A program made the translations under genes and the position numbers. From assembly GCA_040437565.1 (NCBI GenBank), contig JBDOQK010000005.1:744001-808000 (forward strand): DNA of 64,000 bases, given 5' to 3'. Below the pieces are notes generated by a model. The model was not told the origin of the DNA. It saw only the letters and a program-made list of their open reading frames with translations, and did not search any database. The first letter of the stretch is position 1. Each line of letters begins with the position of its first letter. Origin of the DNA: Albugo candida (lineage: Eukaryota). This document shows, piece after piece, positions 62,901 to 64,000 of this stretch.

Positions 62901-63299
62901 CACGACACTATACCTTCTTCTACATTCCAGAACTTCTCGCTAGACGAGTTGGTACATAGCGAGTCGAGTGAGCGAAAGAAAAGACATGCTTTTTTGGTTT
63001 ACCTTGCCACACGATGAGAATTACGACATGAGTTTTTTAAGAAATTTTGTAGAATAACTTTGACATTGCTAGCATGCTCTTGCTTGACAAAGCGCTCCAT
63101 ATTCCTATCGAATCGTTTCAAGTCTTACATCGACCGTGGTCGATCGAACACGCTTCCCTTAAAGCAGTCGCGTATATTAGCGCGCGAAAGTCTTACGGCA
63201 CGAAATCTCTCGCAGCGTAGAGCGCCTTTACCAACGCAAGTACTGGTTGCGATTCGAAGCATTCTGTCTTTTGCTCTTTTAAGAATATAATTTCTTGTT

Positions 63300-63883
63300 T
63301 TAAAACATTTCCTGCAATTTCTGTTGTACGATCAGCTGTTTTTCTAGTGGTAGCCTTGATATCATATTCAGGATCAAAGCAATTGACGGTTCTTGAGATC
63401 TTCACAAAAATAGATTCAGCTCGTATCAGCAAGCTAATGAATGGAGCAATATACCGTATAAACGTGTTGTAGTAAACAGTGGTGAAGAGTGCTGTGATGA
63501 ACTGACAATCCATGCGGTCCATTACACCACCATGTCCCGGTATCACAGAGTCGAAATCCTACCGAATATCTGTAAAAAATATTGCTTTATCAACCAAATG
63601 TCACGAGGTACCTTTAGTTTGTATGTTCTTTTGATGGCGGAAGCATAGAAGCCACCGAATGGTGCAATGAGGGATGTAAATATCGAAAATACGATGGAAT
63701 GTAGCTACGAAACAAGAGATCTGGTTACATATTCCGAAATCTTCGTGCGTCTAATTACCTGAATAGGCATGAGCGTGATGGTTTCTTTTCCTAAATAATA
63801 TGCCACAAGCGATGGCAAGTGGTAATCTGCTGCTATGAATACCGGATTGGGGTGGCACGACAAGTCAGCTGGAATCAGCTACA
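63300..63883 (-). CDS. CDS1: Phosphatidate cytidylyltransferase (CDP-DAG synthase), 3' exons only
   Basis: SLIAPFGGFYASAIKRTYKLK|DFDSVIPGHGGVMDRMDCQ signature. Last exon ..EPSIALILNMISRLPLEKQ..EMF* with stop at 63300-63302. Truncated by a gap and the window end. Confidence 0.93.
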
Positions 63884-64000
63884 NNNNNNNNNNNNNNNNN
63901 NNNNNNNNNNNNNNNNNNNNNNNNNNNNNNNNNNNNNNNNNNNNNNNNNNNNNNNNNNNNNNNNNNNNNNNNNNNNNNNNNNNAGCTAATGAATGGAGCA

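Noticed and set aside
62400-63000. Possible CHxC/CCG effector motif (ECRRRYSVVQVG, NCHKV)
   Set aside because: Required cysteines are missing, frames are broken and there is no signal peptide. Kept only as part of the decayed-island finding.
3018-64000. Apparent tandem duplications inside many genes, around the 100-N gaps at 3074, 36047, 37628, 40067, 43774, 44658, 47665, 54203, 57735, 58279, 59444 and 63884
   Set aside because: Each is an apparently identical copy immediately either side of a fixed-size gap, typical of unmerged overlapping contig ends. ORFs spanning X runs are artefacts.
1-64000. CRISPR arrays, rRNA/tRNA genes, intact transposase or reverse transcriptase ORFs, and numerous antisense ORFs in the track
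   Set aside because: None of these element types was recognised. The antisense ORFs are shadows of well-supported genes.

Overview
Gene-dense, intron-rich eukaryotic DNA, most likely an oomycete of Albugo type. This is inferred from ~50-bp GT-AG introns, very short intergenic regions, an oomycete-type omega-3 desaturase and retained flagellar genes. About 24 protein-coding genes can be supported: the IFT88 5' end, a Kelch-EGF surface protein, an EF-hand/RCC1 protein, Wee1 kinase, an omega-3 desaturase, an E(z)-type H3K27 methyltransferase, a SepH/Cdc7-like kinase, GH38 alpha-mannosidase, a multi-pass membrane protein, a divergent SAM methyltransferase, CFAP73/CCDC42, a bacterial-type FabI, Nma111 protease, an MLF-like protein with a paralogous microprotein, an SH3/LIM adaptor, Mot1/BTAF1, a PX protein, CDP-DAG synthase and several hypotheticals. 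Two gene-poor islands (13.1-14.9 kb and 57.4-63.2 kb) hold decayed sequence, including an SP-RING pseudogene. There are fifteen 100-N gaps, most flanked by duplicated sequence (assembly artefact). No rRNA, tRNA or CRISPR array was recognised. Best leads: a putatively mitochondrial MLF-like protein and neighbouring microprotein sharing an unrecognised ~55-aa motif; an intron-containing bacterial FabI; co-directional genes only 19-33 bp apart; an E(z) with Val at the EZH2 A687 position; and an SH3-LIM gene whose repeated domains share intron positions. Family assignments come from motif recognition by eye, and exon boundaries are manual.
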